Source: Candidatus Cloacimonadales bacterium (lineage in GTDB: Bacteria; Cloacimonadota; Cloacimonadia; Cloacimonadales; JAFGVF01). From it: DNA of 64,000 bases. Made by a program: the position numbers and the translations under genes. Location: assembly GCA_963667035.1 (NCBI GenBank), contig OY762964.1:2336001-2400000 (forward strand). The letters run 5' to 3'. Of this stretch, positions 41,851 to 50,552 are shown in pieces; position 1 is the first letter of the stretch; each line of letters starts with the position of its first letter. The notes below the pieces were generated by a model. That model searched no databases. It saw nothing but the letters and a program-made list of their open reading frames with translations, and was not told the origin of the DNA.

Positions 41851-43106
41851 AAGTACTCGTAATTGGGAGCGGAGCAAGAGAACACGCCATTGCAGAAGCA
41901 TTACAACAAAGTAAAAAAGTTGAGACCGTATTTGTGTCACCGGGAAACGATGGAATAGCTAAAGAACATTCCATTACCAGTTTACCTCAATTTGAAAACA
42001 TTAAAGAATTTGTATTAAGTAATAAGATTGATTTCGTGTTTGTTGGACCAGAACAACCTCTTGCGGAAGGGATTGTTGATTATTTGCAACATCATAATAT
42101 AAATGTAGTCGGGCCAATGAAAGCAGCAGCAAGAATCGAGAGTAGTAAGGCTTATGCTAAAAATCTAATGAAGATTAATAATATACCTACAGCAATTTAT
42201 GAAGTATTCACTGAATATGACTTAGCGAAAGAATATTTAGAGAAATGTGCTTATCCTCAAGTTTTGAAAGCTGATGGTCTAGCCGCAGGTAAGGGTGTTA
42301 TAATTGTTAGTGATATAAACGAAGCTATTGAGTCTTTAAAAGATATGATGCTAAACGGTGCCTTTGGAACTGCCGGAGATCAAGTTGTAATAGAAGAATT
42401 TATGGAGGGTTGGGAAACATCCATATTTGCTTTTACAGATGGAATTGATTTCATCTCAACCATTTTTTCACAAGATCACAAAGCAATATTTGATGAAGAC
42501 AAGGGACCTAACACGGGAGGTATGGGTGCTTATGCCCCAGTAAAAAAAGCTGCAGTATATCATCAGTTTGTTGATGAAAATATTTTTACCCCGGTTTTAG
42601 AAGCCATGAAAAGAGATGGAAATCCTTTCCAAGGTATTCTTTATGCCGGTCTTATGGTTACAGATTCAGGGCCAAGAGTTGTAGAGTTTAACTGCCGTTT
42701 CGGCGATCCAGAAACACAAGTTATTCTACCATTGTTAAAAACTGATTTTGCCGACATCTGTACATCAATTTTTACTAAAAGAGTGAAAGATTTAACTCTG
42801 GAATGGTCTGACGAATATGCAGTAAATGTTGTTGCAGCTTCTAAAGGTTACCCTGATAAGTATGAGAAGGGTATGATTATTGCTGACTTATATAACGACC
42901 ATTCAATTAAAGATGCAAAAGTATATTATTCCGGAGTTAAAAATGAATCTAACCACTTAGTAACAAATGGCGGAAGAGTTTTATCAGTGACAGCAAAAGC
43001 AAATGATTTAGTTGGAGCAATTGATAAAGCATACAAACGTCTAAGTGAACTAAGTTTTGAAGGTAAGACTTATCGAACAGACATTGGAAAAAAGGGTTTG
43101 ATTTGA
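41847..43106 (+). CDS. purD: Phosphoribosylamine-glycine ligase
   Basis: GSGAREHA, VGPEQPL, KADGLAAGKGV, GPNTGGMGAY, EFNCRFGDPE. Confidence 0.98.
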   Translation: MKVLVIGSGAREHAIAEALQQSKKVETVFVSPGNDGIAKEHSITSLPQFENIKEFVLSNKIDFVFVGPEQPLAEGIVDYLQHHNINVVGPMKAAARIESSKAYAKNLMKINNIPTAIYEVFTEYDLAKEYLEKCAYPQVLKADGLAAGKGVIIVSDINEAIESLKDMMLNGAFGTAGDQVVIEEFMEGWETSIFAFTDGIDFISTIFSQDHKAIFDEDKGPNTGGMGAYAPVKKAAVYHQFVDENIFTPVLEAMKRDGNPFQGILYAGLMVTDSGPRVVEFNCRFGDPETQVILPLLKTDFADICTSIFTKRVKDLTLEWSDEYAVNVVAASKGYPDKYEKGMIIADLYNDHSIKDAKVYYSGVKNESNHLVTNGGRVLSVTAKANDLVGAIDKAYKRLSELSFEGKTYRTDIGKKGLI

Positions 43107-43123
43107 TAAGTATCGAGGGAAAA

Positions 43124-46100
43124 ATGTTTCATAAAAGATACTTACTAGTGCTATTATTGGCACTTTCTTCACTAGTAGGGCTATACTCGAAAGCTCCTTT
43201 CAGAATAATAGAGCAAGATGAAAACCACTTGCTGTTAAATTTTATACTTCCCGATTATAAGATACTGGACTATTATGAAGATAATGAAATTGTTCAAAGG
43301 GTAGATATACCAAACTCAATTATGCTTGCAGAACCTGGATATCCGGTACTACCATACTTTGCAGATATTGTTGGTATCCCAATTGATGGAGATATTTCCT
43401 TATCTATTGATTCGATTGATTATGATGTTATCCACATAGATAACATTGACTATGCCGATAAACAAGAATTGCAAGGAGATGTATTAGTATATTCAAAATA
43501 CAAAGCTCAGACAAACGAAGCTCGTAGTATCTATCCGGAAATGGAAATCATACAAAATCAGAAAGGATTTGCAGGAAATAGACATTTTGCCGGTTTCTCA
43601 TTTTTCCCTTTCACATATAATTCTAATTCTAAAAGCCTAAAGATTGCAAAAAATGCTACAATTATGATACAAATAAGTGGTTCAAAATCTAAAAATACTC
43701 AAGCAAGCTTTAATAATAGAGGGCTATATAACAAAGTTGGCGATCAACTGTTCATAAATAATGAAATATCTAAGAATTGGATAAAGCCTAAAGAGATAGA
43801 CTATGAAAGTGATTGTACTATTCAAAGAAATAATACTGTTAATAAGCTCCAGATTTGGGTTAAAGAAGATGGACTATACAAAATTACAAAGGAGTTTCTA
43901 ATTGATGCTATAAGAGAAGCATCATACGAATATCAATTCAATCTAAGCTTTGATATAAACAGAGTAGATCCAAGATTAATAGAGTTAAGTGATAGAGATG
44001 GTGTTGTCCCGATAAGATTCGTTGGAGAAGATGACGGTAGTTTTGATAATGGAGACTACTTTGAATTCTGGGGTAAAATGAATAGAGGTGAAACATCATA
44101 TTACGATGACTATACAGATTCAAATATATATAACTTATATATAAGTGATACGAACGGTTCTAGATTAACAGTTGAAAATGGTGGTTTGTTAGTTAATTCT
44201 AGTTCAAATTTAATCAGACCGGATGCATTTGAGCAAGAAATCCATATTGAAGAGCAAAACATTATGGATAATTTAGCCCAAGGTTACAGAGCCATAAACA
44301 GATTTTTTAGAGAAGATAATTGGTTTTGGAATAGGATATCCGCACCTAACTTGAAGATTTTCAATTTTGATTTACAATACCCTCTTAGTACTAGTATAAG
44401 AACATTTGAAGCAGAAGTTTGTTTGCATGGATTAACATATAGTTCTTCTACAGGATGGGACCATCATGCTGTGGTTAGATTAAATTCTGTTCTAATAGAT
44501 AATGATGAGAATGGAGTTTCTGAAGAAACTGACACTTATTGGGACGGACAAACCGAAAAAATCTTTAAGAACTACACTCCCCTAGGTAATGCAAATTTAT
44601 ATCATGGAGACAACAATCTTTTTATTAGTATGCCAGGAGATACTGTTTCAGGAAACCATGAAGTTATTCTCTTGGATTACTTAAATCTTAAGTACTGGCG
44701 AGAATTCAAAACTGATACAGATTTCATCAAATTCGTAAGACCAAGCAATAGACCATTTGGACTTTATGAATTCAATATAGAAGGCTTTTCGAGTTCCGAT
44801 GTTAGTATATACAAACTAGGTGTTGCTATTATGGAGAATATCCAAGTAACTCCATTCAGTGAAACTGGAGGAGCACCATATACTGTAACATTTCAAGACA
44901 GTGTTATTACCGATGGTTTTGAATATGTCGCAATTACGGAAAGTGAAAAGAAAGTACCAGAGAAAATAATACCTGATTATCCCTCCTATTTGAAGAGTCA
45001 CTCAAATAGAGCTGATTTAATAATGATTACAGTAAATGATTTTCTTGGTACTGAAGGTATGGAGAATCTTCAGGCTCATTGGGAAGATATGGGATTAGTA
45101 GTAAAAGTTGTTGATGTGCAAGATATCTATGATGAATTCAATAACGGCATAAAAAGTGCACAATCAATCAAGGATTTTATTAAATACGCTTATAATAATT
45201 GGGAATATCCTCAATTAAAATATACAATTTTGATTGGTGACGGGACTTACAATGAAAGAGACGATGGTCCATACGAGAAATATAATTTAATCCCTGTAAA
45301 AAAGATTTGGACTCATACAGTAGGAGCAACCGCAAGTGATACTTGGTATGGTTGCATTATAGGGGATGATTTTGTTCCTGATGTTATTATAAGTAGAATA
45401 CCTGTTAGGGAAGCTGATGAGATCCAAAATCTTTATGAAAAAGTTAATAAATATGCATCCGATCAGACTTCTGACAACCCTTGGAGAGGCCGAGTAACCT
45501 TAGCAGCAGGTGGTTCTCAAGGTGAAGGTCATGACATTTTCTCTCAGCAAGAAGAAGCTATCAGAAGCTATGGAATTCCAGATGATTATTTTGTTACAAG
45601 AGTTTATGTTACAACAGTTCCTCCCACACCAAGTGGCTATTATGGAAACACATTTAAACTAAAAGACTCAATATCTGAAGGCATTACTTTTCTGCAATTC
45701 ATGGGTCATGGTGGTGGTAGAATCTGGGCAGATTTTAGTCTTCTAAATTATACTGATATTAGAACTCTTACCAACACTGATTATTTCTTCGTATCTAGTT
45801 TATCTTGCTTTGGCGCAGCATTTGACTCTGATGAGCCTTGTATTAACGAAGGATTCGTTTTGGAAAAAGATAAAGGAGCTGTAGGCTCTATCGGATTCAC
45901 TGGAGTTGGATATGTAGATCAGGATTTACATATGGGTTTAGTTCTTACCGAAGCTTTATTTAATCCTGCTTTCTCTTCCGTTGGAGAGTCCATTAATTAT
46001 ACTTTAGCAAACTTCTATGCAACTCAATTATCTAACTCGGCCAGAGATGGCTTAACAAGTGCCTTCTGCTATTTAGGTGATCCTGTGCTTAGCATTCACA

Positions 46101-48154
46101 GATTAGGTGAAGATATAAGTTGTTCAATTAATAAAGATTTCTACTCTCCAGGAGATACTATACAAGTATCAGTTCAGTTTCCAGAGAATGTAACCGAAGT
46201 TGTTCCTCTTGTTCTGGATAAGGATGAGATTGCTCTCAATTACTTGTTTAGCACTCCAATATATGACGGGCATTACGAGTATAGTTATGTCATTCCAAAC
46301 AATATTGAGGCTCAATATTTAACAGTTAGAATTGCCGGTATATCTCCTGAGCAAGAGTATATAGCTTTGAAAAAGATACCGGTTTTTGATAACAACATTA
46401 ACTTAGTATCTACTATTCCGGAAGAACCTTGTTATGATGACTCTGTTCACATAACTGCGAATATAGTTTCGGTCGATAATATATTAGATATAAAATGTAA
46501 CGTTATCATTGGTGAATATAGTTCTAATTCATCTTATGTCAGTTTTAACCAATTAGACTCAATTGAGATCCCCATGGAGTTTATTGATCAAAATACCGTA
46601 AAAACTATTTATCCGATAAATCCGGATACTCTCAACTACCTTCCCGGGTATGAAGTTCATATTAATATTACTGTCGAGACTGAAGAAGGAAGTTTTGAAT
46701 CACCTCTAACAACATATAATATTAAAGGACCGGATATCTCCATTAACTCTGTAGAACTTGTTGTCAATGATGGCGTTCCGGGATATCTATTGTCACTTGC
46801 AAACTATGGTAACATGGTATCCCCTAACACAGAGGTTAAGATTTATTATACTATCAATTCGCAAGAGAACATTCTAGGATTATATCCTTTAAGAAGCCTT
46901 AACACAACTGAGAATAGAGAATTATTCTGTCCCATTGGAGAAACAGATTCGGGAGAATATACAGCCTTTGTTACTGTTAATCAGAACCGAATCTTTCCTG
47001 AGATTTCATATAGAAACAATCTAGTAAGTATACCTGTTTCAAGTACATTCCACGAAGTTGTTTCAAATCAGCATATTACAACAAAAGATGACAATCTTGT
47101 AGTAGATGTCCCAGAGAATTTTGGACTTGGCAGTACTTTATTGGAATTAAAGCCTGTCTCAATATCCGAAACAATATTACAACCCGACATTTTTCCTGTT
47201 ACACTAAAAAATGAAAGTTCTACGATTGCATATACAATCAAAATTCATAATTCTTCGATTGTTGATTCTTTAGGCAATTTCCTAAACAATAGAAAATTGA
47301 GAATTACTGCAAATATTTCGACAGCTGACTCTTTGACACAAGTTTTAAAATACAACGATAGTTTTAGGTTCTACCAATGGCATGACTCTTATAAAAAATG
47401 GTTCATAGTTGGCGGTTTAATCAACCCTGACAATAACAAGGTGAGCTATGATATTGATAGAAATGGTGTCTATGCTTTGATGAACAATGCTGACAGAGTT
47501 GCTCCGTCAATTGAAGCAAATGTAGCTGAGCAAGAGTTCACAAGAGGCGGTTATATTGCCAGTGATGGTATTATCAGCTTAAGCTTTTATGACGATAATG
47601 GTATAGATGTCATCACTAATCCACCAAGAGTTACTCTGAATGGCGATATCGTTGAGGATAGCTCCATATCTTTATCTATCAATGAAGATAATATTAATAG
47701 CGTACCGATGAATTATAAGCTAGACTTAGATATTGGAGATTACTCACTTAGAGCAGAGTGTTGTGATGTTAATGGAAACTTTAAGGATTTGATTATCAAT
47801 TTTAGAGTTAACGATGAGTTTGAAATAATAAACGTTGCTAACTATCCAAATCCCATTGTTGGACATGCAATAGAACCGGTAAATGATGGAAGAACAAGAT
47901 TTACTTATTTGTTAACTGCCCCGGCTGATAAAGTAACTTTGAAAATTTATACTGTATCGGGTAGATTGGTAAAAACCTTTCGAGATTTGCCCAAAGGTGT
48001 TGGATATCATGAGTATCCTAGAACAGTATATGGTTGGGATTGTAGAGATGAAGATGGCTTTTATCTAGCAAATGGTGTTTACTTCTATAGGATTATTGCT
48101 AAGAATAAAGATAAAACTGTTGAGAAAACCCAGAAGATGGCCATATTGAGGTAA
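43124..48154 (+). CDS. C25-family (gingipain/PorU-like) cysteine peptidase with CARDB-like and FlgD-type C-terminal domains
   Basis: Signal peptide, propeptide (EPGYPVLP), EDGLYKIT, DIYDEFN.G, IGDG, FMGHGG (His), SLSCF (Cys), LGDP, NYPNP..WDCRDEDG..LANGVYFY. Confidence 0.88.
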   Translation: MFHKRYLLVLLLALSSLVGLYSKAPFRIIEQDENHLLLNFILPDYKILDYYEDNEIVQRVDIPNSIMLAEPGYPVLPYFADIVGIPIDGDISLSIDSIDYDVIHIDNIDYADKQELQGDVLVYSKYKAQTNEARSIYPEMEIIQNQKGFAGNRHFAGFSFFPFTYNSNSKSLKIAKNATIMIQISGSKSKNTQASFNNRGLYNKVGDQLFINNEISKNWIKPKEIDYESDCTIQRNNTVNKLQIWVKEDGLYKITKEFLIDAIREASYEYQFNLSFDINRVDPRLIELSDRDGVVPIRFVGEDDGSFDNGDYFEFWGKMNRGETSYYDDYTDSNIYNLYISDTNGSRLTVENGGLLVNSSSNLIRPDAFEQEIHIEEQNIMDNLAQGYRAINRFFREDNWFWNRISAPNLKIFNFDLQYPLSTSIRTFEAEVCLHGLTYSSSTGWDHHAVVRLNSVLIDNDENGVSEETDTYWDGQTEKIFKNYTPLGNANLYHGDNNLFISMPGDTVSGNHEVILLDYLNLKYWREFKTDTDFIKFVRPSNRPFGLYEFNIEGFSSSDVSIYKLGVAIMENIQVTPFSETGGAPYTVTFQDSVITDGFEYVAITESEKKVPEKIIPDYPSYLKSHSNRADLIMITVNDFLGTEGMENLQAHWEDMGLVVKVVDVQDIYDEFNNGIKSAQSIKDFIKYAYNNWEYPQLKYTILIGDGTYNERDDGPYEKYNLIPVKKIWTHTVGATASDTWYGCIIGDDFVPDVIISRIPVREADEIQNLYEKVNKYASDQTSDNPWRGRVTLAAGGSQGEGHDIFSQQEEAIRSYGIPDDYFVTRVYVTTVPPTPSGYYGNTFKLKDSISEGITFLQFMGHGGGRIWADFSLLNYTDIRTLTNTDYFFVSSLSCFGAAFDSDEPCINEGFVLEKDKGAVGSIGFTGVGYVDQDLHMGLVLTEALFNPAFSSVGESINYTLANFYATQLSNSARDGLTSAFCYLGDPVLSIHRLGEDISCSINKDFYSPGDTIQVSVQFPENVTEVVPLVLDKDEIALNYLFSTPIYDGHYEYSYVIPNNIEAQYLTVRIAGISPEQEYIALKKIPVFDNNINLVSTIPEEPCYDDSVHITANIVSVDNILDIKCNVIIGEYSSNSSYVSFNQLDSIEIPMEFIDQNTVKTIYPINPDTLNYLPGYEVHINITVETEEGSFESPLTTYNIKGPDISINSVELVVNDGVPGYLLSLANYGNMVSPNTEVKIYYTINSQENILGLYPLRSLNTTENRELFCPIGETDSGEYTAFVTVNQNRIFPEISYRNNLVSIPVSSTFHEVVSNQHITTKDDNLVVDVPENFGLGSTLLELKPVSISETILQPDIFPVTLKNESSTIAYTIKIHNSSIVDSLGNFLNNRKLRITANISTADSLTQVLKYNDSFRFYQWHDSYKKWFIVGGLINPDNNKVSYDIDRNGVYALMNNADRVAPSIEANVAEQEFTRGGYIASDGIISLSFYDDNGIDVITNPPRVTLNGDIVEDSSISLSINEDNINSVPMNYKLDLDIGDYSLRAECCDVNGNFKDLIINFRVNDEFEIINVANYPNPIVGHAIEPVNDGRTRFTYLLTAPADKVTLKIYTVSGRLVKTFRDLPKGVGYHEYPRTVYGWDCRDEDGFYLANGVYFYRIIAKNKDKTVEKTQKMAILR

Positions 48155-48159
48155 ACAAC

Positions 48160-49167
48160 ATGAAGAAAGTATTTATTATTATATCGATGTTAGTTACTCT
48201 TTTTTCACTAAAAGCAGGAAGATATGCAGGAGACTTTATGGAAATTGGCTCTGGTGTCAGAGCTCTAGGACTTGGTAAAGCCTATGTATCAATTGCAGAT
48301 GATGGAAGTGCATTATACTGGAATCCTGCAGGTGTTGCTCAAATAAGAAATCTGGAGGCATCATTCATGCATGCAGAATTGTATGATGGTTTAGCCAGCT
48401 ATGATAGTTTTACTTACTGCCAACCTCTTCCCAATTTAGTTACTATTGCCGTAGGGTGGACTAGATTAACAATAGATGAAATCCCTGAATTCAGCGAAAT
48501 GCATCTAATCGGGACTAACGTTGATATTCGTTCTGCAGATCCAGAGCTACATTTATCCGGTATACCCGATGGGCAATTCACAAGTTATGATGATTTGTTT
48601 CAATTTTCTTTCGCTAAACAACTACATTATGAAGCTGATTTAGGGTGGGGATTCTTTAAAGTACCTTTTGATTTGAACATGGGAGGTAATGTCAAATTCA
48701 TTAGAAGAAAATTACAGAATAATTTTGGTACCGGTTCTGGATTTGATTTTGGTATACTTCTTAAATCAGATTTGAGTATACTACTTGATAGAGATTGGCT
48801 AGGACATATAAAATACGGATTGAATTTTCAGAATGTTTCGGGAACTGAGATTACTTGGGATACCGATTCAAACCATAAAGATGAAATTCTATTTAACACT
48901 AAGATGGGATTTTGCATCGACCAACCTATTCCTCAATGGAAATCTTCATTTATTATTGCTTATGATAAAGATTATGTTTATGATAAGACAAATCATTATG
49001 GGATCGAATATGACTACGATAGAAAGTTTCAGATTAGATCAGGCTATTCTGAGGAAAACATAAGTGCCGGTATCAGCGTTAAAATATACTCTTTCATTAT
49101 AGACTATGGATTTAATACAAACAATTTAGGAAACACAAATAGAATAGGTCTAAGGCTTCATTTCTAA
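48160..49167 (+). CDS. PorV/PorQ-family (FadL-like) outer-membrane beta-barrel
   Basis: FMEIGSGVRALGLGKAYVSIADDGSALYWNPAG N-terminus, FDFG, terminal Phe. Confidence 0.88.
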   Translation: MKKVFIIISMLVTLFSLKAGRYAGDFMEIGSGVRALGLGKAYVSIADDGSALYWNPAGVAQIRNLEASFMHAELYDGLASYDSFTYCQPLPNLVTIAVGWTRLTIDEIPEFSEMHLIGTNVDIRSADPELHLSGIPDGQFTSYDDLFQFSFAKQLHYEADLGWGFFKVPFDLNMGGNVKFIRRKLQNNFGTGSGFDFGILLKSDLSILLDRDWLGHIKYGLNFQNVSGTEITWDTDSNHKDEILFNTKMGFCIDQPIPQWKSSFIIAYDKDYVYDKTNHYGIEYDYDRKFQIRSGYSEENISAGISVKIYSFIIDYGFNTNNLGNTNRIGLRLHF

Positions 49168-49176
49168 GGAGGCAAT

Positions 49177-49983
49177 ATGAAGAACTTTATAATACTATTA
49201 ACTCTGTTATTAATCATAGGTTGTGCTGGTGAGGATAAAGAAAACAAGGATAATAATCCTCCTAAAAAACCAAACTTCTATAAGCATCTAGGTGATTTAG
49301 GTGATGTACACAGCATCACTAGTCTACCTTTGGAAGGCTACGATGGGAATGATATAAACGATTTCAATAATGGTATTGATGCTCTACATGGACCAGAGAA
49401 CAATATTAAACTGCAATGGGAACATTTGGTAGACAATGACTTAAGTGCAATAAATCTATTCCGATACTCTTTTTTTGATGAAGAGCCTGAACTAATCGCC
49501 AATTTAAATCCTTCCATTGATGAATACATTGATAGAGACTTAATAACATATAGACAATTCTATTATTATATGGAAGTAAGCGATAAGGCTGGCAATAAAA
49601 CTATTTCAGATACTATTAGCTATAAGCTTTACAATAAAGCTCAGCTTGCTTCACCGATAAGCGATATGACCATTAACGATTTGCATAATCTCAATTTCAC
49701 ATGGTTAGAAGCTGGAATGAGTGAAACTATAGATTTCTATAGAGTAATACTTTATAGAGACAATTCAAATGATAATTACTCCGAATATGAAACAATATGG
49801 AGTTATGATGAGTATGTTACTGAACATTCTGAGTTTACAATAAACTACTCTGATAATAGTGGCGATATACATATACCTAATGGTCCTTACTTTTGGCGAG
49901 TTGATGCTTTTAGATACAATAGTGAATCAGATATATACTTCGGCTCAGAATCCATTGAAAACAGGTTATATATTTATCAGTAA
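49177..49983 (+). CDS. Lipoprotein with FN3/Ig-like domains
   Basis: Lipobox IIGC, acidic tether, LQWE..YIDR..YYYMEVSDKAGN, YFWRVDA. Confidence 0.75.
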   Translation: MKNFIILLTLLLIIGCAGEDKENKDNNPPKKPNFYKHLGDLGDVHSITSLPLEGYDGNDINDFNNGIDALHGPENNIKLQWEHLVDNDLSAINLFRYSFFDEEPELIANLNPSIDEYIDRDLITYRQFYYYMEVSDKAGNKTISDTISYKLYNKAQLASPISDMTINDLHNLNFTWLEAGMSETIDFYRVILYRDNSNDNYSEYETIWSYDEYVTEHSEFTINYSDNSGDIHIPNGPYFWRVDAFRYNSESDIYFGSESIENRLYIYQ

Positions 49984-49998
49984 TAATCTTAATAATCC

Positions 49999-50027
49999 TT
50001 GACTGAGAATTTAGATATAAATAAGAT
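49999..50027 (+). promoter_or_regulatory. Putative promoter upstream of the SLBB-wzc-ispE run
   Basis: TTGACT-17 nt-TAAGAT. Confidence 0.55.
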
Positions 50028-50052
50028 ACATAAAACAGAATAAGAGGTAAAT

Positions 50053-50538
50053 GTGAGGAAGTTAACGGTTCTAATTGGGTTTTTGCTGTTCATATCATTC
50101 TTAATGTCACAGCAGACAATTAACTTTCAATCAGCAGATAATGCATCGGCATACACATATAGTGGGTCTATGAATAATGTTGAGAAGTTGAAAATTAATA
50201 CATATATTTGGGGTCAAGTTTTGAAACCAGGATTATATATTGTTCCTGATAATACTGATTTGTTAAAACTAATTTCTTTAGCTGGGGGTCCAACTGAGGA
50301 TGCTAAATTAAATAAGATAAGAGTTATCAGACCAACACAAGAAGGCAAGAAAGTCATAGTTGTTAATATGAAAAAATATATAGATACAGGCGATGAAAAC
50401 TTGATTCCGGTGTTAATGCCGGGTGACACAGTTGTTGTTTCTGGGACTATCTGGTATGCAGTAACCAGATTTACAGGTTTTGTTGCAGATGTTGCAATAT
50501 TAGTAACAGTTTACGCAACTCTCTCCAATATTAATTAG
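50053..50538 (+). CDS. SLBB-domain polysaccharide export protein (minimal Wza-like)
   Basis: IWGQVLKPGLY, ISLAGGPTEDA, LMPGDTVVV, C-terminal hydrophobic helix. GTG start after GAGGT. Confidence 0.85.
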   Translation: MRKLTVLIGFLLFISFLMSQQTINFQSADNASAYTYSGSMNNVEKLKINTYIWGQVLKPGLYIVPDNTDLLKLISLAGGPTEDAKLNKIRVIRPTQEGKKVIVVNMKKYIDTGDENLIPVLMPGDTVVVSGTIWYAVTRFTGFVADVAILVTVYATLSNIN

Positions 50539-50552
50539 TGAGTAGGGATTCA

